NCBI GenBank assembly: GCA_002269645.1
Contig: NIVC01003845.1
Span: forward strand, 1-40,685
Reading direction: 5' to 3'
Source: Macrostomum lignano
Lineage: Eukaryota
Length of the DNA stretch: 40,685 nucleotides
In this document: positions 1 through 9,044 of the stretch, one piece after another
How positions within the stretch are numbered: position 1 is the stretch's first letter
How the letters are laid out: each line of letters begins with the position of its first letter
Made by a program: the position numbers and the translations under genes
Notes under the pieces: generated by a model
The model's input: only the letters and a program-made list of their open reading frames with translations
The model's database searches: none
Told to the model about the DNA's origin: nothing

Positions 1-332
1 CTGGCCCTACTATCGCGACCTCCCGGAGCCCTGCATGTTTATCTGAACTATTGAGGTGAACTAACTTTTGCGTTGCCTTTAATAACAATTTTGCCTTTTA
101 TAATACTTTTATAATAGTTCGTTTTGCTTCCATAATAGTTCTCACTTTAATGGTTTACCTACATAATAGTTCTATCACAACCATTTTATGCACCAATTGT
201 TTTAGCACTGAATTGTGTTTTCTGCACCTTGCTTTGCACCTTTTCACCTGCATTTTCCTACGATATCAATTTTTCACTGTATACATATAATATAGTATTT
301 CGTTCAAAATTTGATATATAGAGGAGGAAAGT
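1..332 (+). repeat. 3' internal end (ORF3 tail, 3' UTR, PPT at 320-331) of an upstream copy of the same Gypsy element
   Basis: 1-332 matches 7945-8276 (one substitution seen, 200 vs 8144). It includes the last ORF3 codons (...WPYYRDLPEPCMFI*) and AGAGGAGGAAAG just before the LTR. Confidence 0.8.
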
Positions 333-1097
333 TGTACTAGTGCTATGCCTTTATCATAGTATACTCGAATGTTCTTTCAATGTAATAACTGTATATTCGA
401 ATCTTTCTTAGAAACTGAATCTACGCGAACGCCAAATAATAGTTTGTTTTAATGCGCGAATTAAATTGGAGAATTATTTTTTGTTTTAATCGTATGTGGG
501 GAAAATCACTATATATAGGAGCGGTTTTGCGACAAATATACTCTAACTGTCTTTTACCGTGAGCAAATAATTGCGAACAGAATAAGCAGTTCAATCTAAA
601 CCATTTCAAAGTCTTTGAGCTAAATAGCGACTTATTTATTTGCAAAACCTGTGAAACGATTCTAAGAAATTTGCTAAGAGAAGGGAATTGGGACTAATTC
701 TTGGAGATATACCAAGAGAGGCGCCGTGACCCTCTAGTCTCGGTGAACGCCCGATTAGGACTATACACTAATACATATACCAGTACTAGACCGCTCAGGC
801 CATAAGCTACTAGAACGCTACCAGAAAGCAAGCCATAAGCTACCAGAAACGCTACTAAGAACGCTACCAGAAACGCTACTAAGAACGCTACCAGAAATAT
901 TTAAATGAAATTCTAAGAAATAGTTAGGGAGTAAAAGCAAGTATAATCAGGATAACTGTAGTTGGCAAATCGGTGGGATTAAAATTGATAAAGTAAGAGG
1001 TGAAAGGCCTGTAACAACTTTGGTGGCAGCTCGTAGGATATTTAATAAACACTAATAGTTAGAAGTTTAGAAAGACAGAGCCAAAAGGCCTGTCACA
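333..1097 (+). repeat. 5' (possibly shared) LTR, 765 bp
   Basis: Starts TGTACTAG one base after the PPT and ends GGCCTGTCACA just before the PBS. Near-identical to 8277-9044 (1 substitution and 3 single-base homopolymer indels seen). The left boundary is inferred from the PPT. Confidence 0.85.
799..897 (+). repeat. Short tandem repeats inside the LTR (GCCATAAGCTAC / AACGCTACCAGA / AACGCTACTAAG units)
   Basis: Visible direct repeats, also present in the 3' LTR. Confidence 0.8.
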
Positions 1098-1099
1098 GC

Positions 1100-1118
1100 T
1101 GGTGGCAGCGGTGGGATT
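1100..1118 (+). promoter_or_regulatory. Primer-binding site, tRNA-Leu (AAG/TAG type)
   Basis: TGGTGGCAGCGGTGGGATT lies 2 nt after the LTR. Its reverse complement AATCCCACCGCTGCCACCA has the T-stem/acceptor/CCA layout of metazoan tRNA-Leu 3' ends. Confidence 0.88.
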
Positions 1119-1196
1119 AGAGAAACGGCGCGAACTCTTAAAGCTAGATTCAGAAGAATTCCGAAGATAATTTGAAAAGTTTTTCGTAGAGAAAAG

Positions 1197-2174
1197 ATGA
1201 ATCAGAATCAGGCTAATGACGCCATCGCCATGCTGGCAGAAGAATTGCGAAACCGACTAGAGATAGGGCCGATGAGACACGTTAAGATTCAGAAATTCAC
1301 ACCTACGCAAGACATTCGGATCTGGCTAACAGCCTTCGATCAGCGCTGTGAAGTAGAAGGGATAGATGAGGAACATAGGAAGCAGGAATTGCTAGCTAAT
1401 CTGGACCTGTCCACTGCATTCGCAGCGGTACAGCGCCTAAATCTGCCCGAGGATCTTGAATACGAAGAGTTCAAAGAGCGACTGATTGAGCGATTCGGAA
1501 GAATCGGTAGTTCCGCAGAATTCAGAGAGGAGTTTCGTGGAAGAATGCAAGGCAGAAATGAGCCTGTAGAGACTTTCGCAGACTGTTTGATCGAGCTGGC
1601 ATCGCGTGCATTTCCGAATATGACGGTTGAGCAAAGGGAAGAAGAAATTGTTGAGCAATTCATCAAGGGAATCAGAATTCCGTCAGAGACCCGTGAGAAG
1701 CTAATCTTTGCGCAGCCAGGCAATTTACAAGAGGCTAGAAGAATGCTAAGAAGGATGGAGGCTGCGTGGAACATGTCTCACAAGAATGTCAACATGAGAA
1801 TGGCCAAAGGCGAAGGCGAGAGTGAGCAGAAGGCAGATCAGGAGAAGCTTGAGGACATCATCAAGAAGCAGAGAGCAGAGTTAGAGCAACAGAAGAAGGC
1901 GATTGAGGAGCTGATGGAAGAGAAGAGAGCTAGCCGTCAGCAGTATCATCCGCAGAATCAATATCAAACGTACGCTCAGGTCGCTGGACCGCCGCAGCAG
2001 CCGAGATATCGGCCGCAGCAGCAGCAGCAGCAGCAGCCAGTATGGCGCGGTCAGCCTCAGTTCAACAGGCAGCCACAGCAACAGCAGCAGCCTCGAGCCT
2101 GCTACAATTGCGGGAAGCTTGGCCACATGGCGAGGAATTGCCAGAGCGCTAGGCCAAACGGTCAGCGAGTGTGA
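1197..2174 (+). CDS. gag: Gag (capsid-like domain, coiled coil, Q-rich linker, CCHC zinc knuckle)
   Basis: 325 aa ORF with a retrotransposon-gag-type segment (FRGRMQGRNEPVETFADCLIELASRAFP) and a C-terminal CYNCGKLGHMARNC. Confidence 0.95.
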   Translation: MNQNQANDAIAMLAEELRNRLEIGPMRHVKIQKFTPTQDIRIWLTAFDQRCEVEGIDEEHRKQELLANLDLSTAFAAVQRLNLPEDLEYEEFKERLIERFGRIGSSAEFREEFRGRMQGRNEPVETFADCLIELASRAFPNMTVEQREEEIVEQFIKGIRIPSETREKLIFAQPGNLQEARRMLRRMEAAWNMSHKNVNMRMAKGEGESEQKADQEKLEDIIKKQRAELEQQKKAIEELMEEKRASRQQYHPQNQYQTYAQVAGPPQQPRYRPQQQQQQQPVWRGQPQFNRQPQQQQQPRACYNCGKLGHMARNCQSARPNGQRV

Positions 2175-5100
2175 CTACCAGAAGCAGCAGGGAAACTGAG
2201 TAGCGAGGGCCGCTTTGCGAGGCCACGTCCCTCTAGCAACAATTATCGCGAATTTCAGGCCTCTGAATTTGTAAATAATGCGTATCGAAGTAATGCCAGA
2301 CAGTATAGTAACAGCAGAACGCATGCCGAATTCAATAAATTTCACAGAAAACCAAATAAAAATTTTGCACCTCGTGTACATACGCCGCTTGCACCTAGTC
2401 ATGCGTCTGCCAGCCACAGTAGGCCGAATAATAAAGTACAAAGTACAGTAATTCCGAATGAGCATTCGAAGAAAGAATTCGAAGAAGATACGGAGAGAAA
2501 AGGACGAGAAGCAGTCGTCAATGGAATGCTAAGAAACCGAAAGGTCTACTTCCTGCTAGACACAGGAGCTGGACATAATTTCCTAAGCAAGAGTACTTGG
2601 AAAAAGATGTTCAGAAGTGATGAAATTGAGTTGACTACTAGAAGAGTGACTACGTTTGACGGATCAAGTGTGCGAATTGAAGGAGAAGTCAGAACGAAAA
2701 TACGATTCGGAGAGATAGAGATTGAGACAGAGTTCCTGCTGTGCAATCACGAGTGTGACGACATACTCGGGATGGAGTTCTTCATGAACTTCTGCGACAG
2801 CATCAGCCTTTCCAGAGGAATGCTTGTATTAAAAGAAGGGACCTGCATCCCAATTCAGTTTACAAAATTACCCGTACGGGTTTGCCGAATTTACAGCCAT
2901 AACAGCGTGACTATACCAGCGAATAGCGCTCTTCGAATTCCAATTAGAATGACTAAAGGATCAGAAGCTAACTATGGAACGCCAATGGTCATTGACACCA
3001 TTGGAGGCCAAGTGACTACGAAGAGAAATTCCTTAGAGATGATTCCTACTCTAGTGACCATGAACGATGGAACAGGAGTAGTGGAAATAATCAATCGACA
3101 GAATGACGATATCAGACTGACAAGATCTACGCTGATTGGAGTGGCCAAACCCTTGAAGCCAGGAGGCCTGGCCTACTCTATTAACAGCAAAGGTCAAGCC
3201 AGTTCAGATGATGCAATTAGGACAGTGAAGAGTGAAGAGAGTGAGTACAGCTGGATAAACGAGATCGATTTAGGAGAAGAGCTAACATCAGAACAGAAAG
3301 GACTAGTGATCGATTTGCTAAAGAAGAACAAGGAAGCATTTTCGCAGACCAACCAAGACATGGGTCTCACCCATCTTGTGACTCATGAAATATCTCTAAA
3401 AGATACCACACCGGTCAGGATTCCAACACGCAGAATTCCACCACATCTGCAAAAGCAAGTAGATGAGCAACTTGACGACATGCTTGCTAAGAACCTGATC
3501 CGACCATGCTATAGTACTTATTCAACGCCGCTAGTGATAGTTCCTAAGAAGGATGGATCCATAAGAATCGTCAGTGACTTCAGGGTCCTGAACTCGAGAG
3601 TGAACTATTACCCATATCCATTGCCGAACATACAAGAGACTTTCGCTCAGTTATCTGGAAGCAAGTACTTCAGTAGTCTAGATTTAAACTCTGGATACTG
3701 GCAGGTACCTATCAAAGAAGAGCACAAATTTATGACAGCCTTTTCCACCCTTACCAGAGGCCAGTTCGAATATCAGGTCATGGCACAGGGCTTGTCTAAC
3801 GCTCCTGGTACATTCCAGAGACTCATGAATTTGGTGCTGATGGGAATACAGCACAAATTCGCGATGTCGTACATAGATGATATTGTGACATACTCAGAGA
3901 AATTCGAAGATCATCTCGGTCATCTGCAAGAAGTATTTCAAAGACTAATCTCAGCAGGACTAAAATTAAGACCAAAAAAGTGCAACTTGTTTCAGAAAGA
4001 GCTAAAGTACTTAGGGCATATCGTAGGAAGAGAAGGGATTAGAACAGACCCAGCTAAGATCGAAGCGATACAGTCATGGCCTACGCCGAAAGAGGTCAAA
4101 GAACTGCGAAGCTTCTTGGGGTTGTGTAACTACTACTGCAGATTTGTAAAGAATTACGCAGAGGCAGCGCATCCACTATTTCAATTAACTAAGAAAGGTA
4201 TTCAAAACTTTAGGGAAAAGTGGACCAAGAAGCATGACGAGGCTTTCCAGCAGTTGAAGCAGAGAATGACATCGACCGAAGTACTCGCGTACCCAGAATT
4301 CTCAGAGAACGAAAATGTTCGAATGGTATTAGACACCGACGCAAGCGAAGACCGAATTGGTGCTTGCCTGGGTCAAATACAATCGGACGGGGTTGAAAGA
4401 CCCATTGCTTACTTCAGCAGAGCAATGAAAGAGTCTGAGAAAAGATATCCGATTACCAGAAAAGAGCTATTAGCGCTAGTAGATGGCATGAAACACTTCC
4501 GATTTTACCTAATTGGCAAAAGGTTTCTGGCCCGCACAGACCACAAGGCAATTCTATGGCTATTGCGCCAGACCGAAGCCCAAGGAATTCTCGGAAGATG
4601 GATTGAAAGACTGAGTGAGTTTCAATACGATATTGAGCACCGCAGTGGAGCCAAACATTCCAACGCAGATGGATTGTCACGGCGACCCTCGGAACCACCA
4701 GTTGAACAGAAAGATGCTAAGATCAAAGAGAATGAGGCCGAAATTCCTAAGATGACAATAGAAACCAGCGCTGTGAAACAAGTCGTGACTAGCAGCGTGA
4801 AAGATCAGAGTTGCCAGACCGACTTCACAGAAGAGTATGAATCAGATTCCGAAGACGAATTCGCAGATGATGAATACGAAGATGCCAGTGATCAGTTCGA
4901 AGATGATGATGACATCTATGAAGATGCAAGAGACTATTTCGAAGAGGAAGAGACAGTGTGCAGAAAGCTTCTGACAGATTACCTCTCGGTTCCATTGAAG
5001 AAAGAGCAGCTGACTTCAGCGCAGCATGCTGATCCTTCTATAAGAACCTTGATGGACTGGAAGCAGAAGAAAGTGCGTGAGCCGAAGTTACCAGAAAATG

Positions 5101-6716
5101 CATCCGGAGAATTGAAGAAGATGGTTAAGTTCTACGAGCAGATGAAAATCGAAGATGAAATGCTGACAGTCAGTGAAGACGGTAAACGAAAAGTAGTATT
5201 GCCAGAGAAGATTGAGAAAGATGTATTCAAAGAGCTGCACGACAGTCCGCTAGCAGGCCACCTAGGTCGGGACAAGACGCTACAGCGAGTCCGAGACCGA
5301 TTCTGGAGGCCGGGGTTAGTGACTGCAGTTGAAAAGTACATCGCAGAATGCATCCCGTGTCTGGAAAGTAAAAGCGGAAATAAAGTACGAGCACCGGTGC
5401 AGACCTTTCCGATATGTGAGCCATTCCATCGGCTGCACATAGATTTGATCGGTCCGATATCAAAGGAAAGCAGAAGAGGACACCGATATGTACTTACTGT
5501 TGTAGATAGTACAACGAAGTTCCCATTCGCTTTTCCGGTTCGGAATCAGAAATCCGCTACTGTTATCAAAACGATACAAGAGAGAATTTTCAGCGAGTAT
5601 GGCCAGTGCCAATGGATACACACTGATAATGGCAAGACTTTTGTAAGTCACCAATTTCAGGCATTCTGTACCCTATACGGCATTAAGCATACTTGCACTA
5701 CGCCTTACCATGCTCAGAGTAACGGGCTTGTCGAAAGATTTAACAAGCAAATTAAATCGATTGTAACCTGTTTGATTGAAAAGGATCATTCAGATTGGGA
5801 TCTGCTCATACCCGCCGCTTTGGTAGCTGTGCGAACCAGTGTTAATCAAACTACTGGGTTCACACCACACTACTTACTATTCGGGAGAGAAGCAGATTTG
5901 CCAATAGATAGCATTGTGAAAAGGCCAAGACTATACCGAGACTATCCTAGTTATGTGCTGGATCATGCGAAGAGAATCGAGGAGACAAAAGCAATTGTGC
6001 GAAGACAACTCGAAAAGGTGCGAGAGAAAAGGCAAGAGGACGAAGTTGAGAATCGTCAGCCTAAAAATGTGCCAGTTGGCTGTCTCGCTCTCATCAACAA
6101 CCCTCAACTTCACCAAGAGGAGAGCCACAAGTTTCATCGAAAGAAGAGAGCAGCCTATCGAGTACTTGCGAAGATATCAGACACAGTGTTCCGTGTGCAA
6201 AGAGAAATCAATGGCGAAAGGAGCGGAGAAAAACTATTAGTACATAGAAATAATCTGACTCCAGTGCCGAAATCCGAAATTGATTTACCAGAGGAAATTA
6301 ATAATAATTTAAAACCAGCACCAGTGTCAACTAAGAAGAAGGAATCGCCGAAGCCGAAGAAAAGAATTTGCCATAGACAAAAAGAAGTTAGAATTCCAGA
6401 AGTTCAAATTTTAGAGGAGGAAAGCTCAGACGAAGAAAACAGAATTCAATGGAGAGTATTCGCAGATCCGAATTCGCAGAGTGAAAACGAAGGAAATGAA
6501 GAATTGAACAGTGAGAATACAGAGAGAGCGACTGACTCAGATGAGCCATCAGAAGAAGAAGAAGGAGCAATAGAGTTAGAGGAGGAACGTGCTAACACAG
6601 TAGGAGGCTATAATTTGAGACCCCGAGACAATAGAGTGACTCAGCAAGAGAGAGAAAGAGAAGGCGCGACAGGATTTGTGCCCCGAAGGCGCTATGCGAG
6701 ATATTTAGCACCTTAA
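2175..6716 (+). CDS. pol: Pol (aspartic protease, RT, RNase H, integrase), in frame with gag behind a single TGA
   Basis: LLDTGA (PR), YIDDI (RT), LDTDAS (RH), H-x6-H...CxxC and DLIGP/TDNG/ERFN (IN). I translated 2175-2525 by hand and found no stops, so the frame is open from the gag stop onward. The first ATG (2526) is only about 10 codons before the PR active site. Confidence 0.95.
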   Translation, partial: LPEAAGKLSSEGRFARPRPSSNNYREFQASEFVNNAYRSNARQYSNSRTHAEFNKFHRKPNKNFAPRVHTPLAPSHASASHSRPNNKVQSTVIPNEHSKKEFEEDTERKGREAVVNGMLRNRKVYFLLDTGAGHNFLSKSTWKKMFRSDEIELTTRRVTTFDGSSVRIEGEVRTKIRFGEIEIETEFLLCNHECDDILGMEFFMNFCDSISLSRGMLVLKEGTCIPIQFTKLPVRVCRIYSHNSVTIPANSALRIPIRMTKGSEANYGTPMVIDTIGGQVTTKRNSLEMIPTLVTMNDGTGVVEIINRQNDDIRLTRSTLIGVAKPLKPGGLAYSINSKGQASSDDAIRTVKSEESEYSWINEIDLGEELTSEQKGLVIDLLKKNKEAFSQTNQDMGLTHLVTHEISLKDTTPVRIPTRRIPPHLQKQVDEQLDDMLAKNLIRPCYSTYSTPLVIVPKKDGSIRIVSDFRVLNSRVNYYPYPLPNIQETFAQLSGSKYFSSLDLNSGYWQVPIKEEHKFMTAFSTLTRGQFEYQVMAQGLSNAPGTFQRLMNLVLMGIQHKFAMSYIDDIVTYSEKFEDHLGHLQEVFQRLISAGLKLRPKKCNLFQKELKYLGHIVGREGIRTDPAKIEAIQSWPTPKEVKELRSFLGLCNYYCRFVKNYAEAAHPLFQLTKKGIQNFREKWTKKHDEAFQQLKQRMTSTEVLAYPEFSENENVRMVLDTDASEDRIGACLGQIQSDGVERPIAYFSRAMKESEKRYPITRKELLALVDGMKHFRFYLIGKRFLARTDHKAILWLLRQTEAQGILGRWIERLSEFQYDIEHRSGAKHSNADGLSRRPSEPPVEQKDAKIKENEAEIPKMTIETSAVKQVVTSSVKDQSCQTDFTEEYESDSEDEFADDEYEDASDQFEDDDDIYEDARDYFEEEETVCRKLLTDYLSVPLKKEQLTSAQHADPSIRTLMDWKQKKVREPKLPENASGELKKMVKFYEQMKIEDEMLTVSEDGKRKVVLPEKIEKDVFKELHDSPLAGHLGRDKTLQRVRDRFWRPGLVTAVEKYIAECIPCLESKSGNKVRAPVQTFPICEPFHRLHIDLIGPISKESRRGHRYVLTVVDSTTKFPFAFPVRNQKSATVIKTIQERIFSEYGQCQWIHTDNGKTFVSHQFQAFCTLYGIKHTCTTPYHAQSNGLVERFNKQIKSIVTCLIEKDHSDWDLLIPAALVAVRTSVNQTTGFTPHYLLFGREADLPIDSIVKRPRLYRDYPSYVLDHAKRIEETKAIVRRQLEKVREKRQEDEVENRQPKNVPVGCLALINNPQLHQEESHKFHRKKRAAYRVLAKISDTVFRVQREINGERSGEKLLVHRNNLTPVPKSEIDLPEEINNNLKPAPVSTKKKESPKPKKRICHRQKEVRIPEVQILEEESSDEENRIQWRVFADPNSQSENEGNEELNSENTERATDSDEPSEEEEGAIELEEERANTVGGYNLRPRDNRVTQQEREREGATGFVPRRRYARYLAP

Positions 6717-6965
6717 ACCATGACGTAAGCAATTTCCCATAAGAAACAGTGTTAAATAGTTAAATTTCCGTATTAGAATTACTTATCTGCTTATAAAATT
6801 TGACATGCTGTACATAGAGCGAATCTGTAAATACCATATTAATCTACAAAATGCGATCTTTAACTTGATACTTTACTCAAGAAAATCTATCAAAAAATAA
6901 AAAAGTTATAAAAAGAAATAGAAAATCCATAAAAATTTAGTTGTCAAATCTGTCAAATCTGGCAT

Positions 6966-7033
6966 GCCCCGCCCCACGCGCGAGGGAAGTGCTTCGAAGA
7001 GGTCCAGTTTTCCGGCCCGCCAGCCTATAAATA
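6966..7033 (+). promoter_or_regulatory. Candidate internal promoter for ORF3: GC box (GCCCCGCCCC, 6966-6975) and TATA box (TATAAATA, 7026-7033)
   Basis: Consensus Sp1/KLF-type box and TATA in a GC-rich island about 80 nt upstream of the ORF3 ATG, downstream of an AT-rich spacer after pol. Confidence 0.6.
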
Positions 7034-7114
7034 CGAGCACCCCGCAGCCCCCACAGATCCCATAGCTCACTGCTAGCTTCCTTTCTATTCTAAGAGTCAT
7101 TCGAAGAGAACCAT

Positions 7115-7990
7115 ATGGATAACTCAGTCGACATTCTGCAAGAGTTAATCGGTGACCTGTCCGAAGAGATTGAGCCTCAGCCGGAGCCTAATGTTGACGA
7201 GAACGAGGCGCCGCTACGTTGTCCAACAAGACCAAAGGCGCCTGGTGTAAGCAACAAAAGGCCGAGGGCATCGCCACAAGCATCATCGCCGTGCCGCCAA
7301 TTAAACGTGGAAGGCCCCGAGCAGAAGCGCGCCGCCCTGGTGGCAGCACAGGCAGCTGCGCCCGTGCGCTCCTATGTTGTCAAGGCCACGCCAGGATCAT
7401 CAACATCAAGCCGAACGCAGCAGTTGGTGTCACCGCCAGCTGCCCCATCATCGAGAAAGACCCCGGCACCACGGCAGAAGAAATCGACAGCTGCGACACC
7501 GCCAGCTCAGCAGCCAGCGTCGCAGCCGAGCCTGCAATCAGCGCAGCAGTCAGCGCTGCAGCCGAGCCTGCAATCAGCGCAGCAGTCTAGCCAGCCATCA
7601 GCACTACAGCCGAGCCAGCAGCAATCGAATTCGCAGAGAGATTTTCATCGCATCGTCCGAGAACTTGTGGAGACTCGCGGAGCAGAGGTGGAAAAGCTAC
7701 GCTTCCACATTGAGCAATACGCACTGAAAGTAGCATACCACCGATCCGACAGCCGACAGCGCTACCCCCAATGCTCGCAAATTTGGACACACCTGAAGTT
7801 TCTGAGGGATCAATTCAGTTACCAGGAAGCTGTCGCTGTTCTCCAGGAAGTCGCCTATCGCCTCCAGCGAGCTATAAGAGCCAACCCGCCGCCAGCGCTG
7901 ACGGTCCTCGACGAAGAGTACCGATGGTTTTTCGCTCAAGTCGGCTGGCCCTACTATCGCGACCTCCCGGAGCCCTGCATGTTTATCTGA
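7115..7990 (+). CDS. ORF3, accessory protein of unknown function (not env-like)
   Basis: Intact 291 aa ORF between pol and the PPT. Acidic N-terminus, KRPR NLS-like motif, S/P/Q/A-rich low-complexity middle and a ~115 aa complex C-terminal domain. No signal peptide or TM helix apparent. Confidence 0.75.
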   Translation: MDNSVDILQELIGDLSEEIEPQPEPNVDENEAPLRCPTRPKAPGVSNKRPRASPQASSPCRQLNVEGPEQKRAALVAAQAAAPVRSYVVKATPGSSTSSRTQQLVSPPAAPSSRKTPAPRQKKSTAATPPAQQPASQPSLQSAQQSALQPSLQSAQQSSQPSALQPSQQQSNSQRDFHRIVRELVETRGAEVEKLRFHIEQYALKVAYHRSDSRQRYPQCSQIWTHLKFLRDQFSYQEAVAVLQEVAYRLQRAIRANPPPALTVLDEEYRWFFAQVGWPYYRDLPEPCMFI

Positions 7991-8263
7991 ACTATTGAGG
8001 TGAACTAACTTTTGCGTTGCCTTTAATAACAATTTTGCCTTTTATAATACTTTTATAATAGTTCGTTTTGCTTCCATAATAGTTCTCACTTTAATGGTTT
8101 ACCTACATAATAGTTCTATCACAACCATTTTATGCACCAATTGGTTTAGCACTGAATTGTGTTTTCTGCACCTTGCTTTGCACCTTTTCACCTGCATTTT
8201 CCTACGATATCAATTTTTCACTGTATACATATAATATAGTATTTCGTTCAAAATTTGATATAT

Positions 8264-8275
8264 AGAGGAGGAAAG
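8264..8275 (+). promoter_or_regulatory. Polypurine tract
   Basis: AGAGGAGGAAAG followed by T and then the TGTA LTR start. Confidence 0.75.
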
Positions 8276-8276
8276 T

Positions 8277-9044
8277 TGTACTAGTGCTATGCCTTTATCA
8301 TAGTATACTCGAATGTTCTTTCAATGTAATAACTGTATATTCGAATCTTTCTTAGAAACTGAATCTACGCGAACGCCAAATAATAGTTTGTTTTAATGCG
8401 CGAAATAAATTGGAGAATTATTTTTTTGTTTTAATCGTATGTGGGGAAAATCACTATATATAGGAGCGGTTTTGCGACAAATATACTCTAACTGTCTTTT
8501 ACCCGTGAGCAAATAATTGCGAACAGAATAAGCAGTTCAATCTAAACCATTTCAAAGTCTTTGAGCTAAATAGCGACTTATTTATTTGCAAAACCTGTGA
8601 AACGATTCTAAGAAATTTGCTAAGAGAAGGGAATTGGGACTAATTCTTGGAGATATACCAAGAGAGGCGCCGTGACCCTCTAGTCTCGGTGAACGCCCGA
8701 TTAGGACTATACACTAATACATATACCAGTACTAGACCGCTCAGGCCATAAGCTACTAGAACGCTACCAGAAAGCAAGCCATAAGCTACCAGAAACGCTA
8801 CTAAGAACGCTACCAGAAACGCTACTAAGAACGCTACCCAGAAATATTTAAATGAAATTCTAAGAAATAGTTAGGGAGTAAAAGCAAGTATAATCAGGAT
8901 AACTGTAGTTGGCAAATCGGTGGGATTAAAATTGATAAAGTAAGAGGTGAAAGGCCTGTAACAACTTTGGTGGCAGCTCGTAGGATATTTAATAAACACT
9001 AATAGTTAGAAGTTTAGAAAGACAGAGCCAAAAGGCCTGTCACA
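8277..9044 (+). repeat. 3' LTR, 768 bp
   Basis: Matches 333-1097. Similarity ends exactly at ...GGCCTGTCACA (9044), followed by unrelated AT-rich DNA. Confidence 0.9.

Larger units (their letters stand above)
333..9044 (+). mobile_element. Full-length Ty3/Gypsy LTR retrotransposon with gag, pol and an extra ORF3
   Basis: Paired LTRs (TGT...ACA), PBS, PPT, gag with CCHC knuckle, and pol domain order PR-RT-RH-IN. Confidence 0.97.

Noticed and set aside
6896-6901. AATAAA after pol as an internal poly(A) site
   Set aside because: It lies in an A-rich run where the hexamer is expected by chance; it cannot be supported without 3'-end data.
1340-7790. Antisense and overlapping ORFs within gag, pol and ORF3
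   Set aside because: Short shadows of long coding frames without recognisable motifs.
7115-7990. ORF3 as an env gene
   Set aside because: No signal peptide, TM anchor or fusion-peptide-like hydrophobic stretch.
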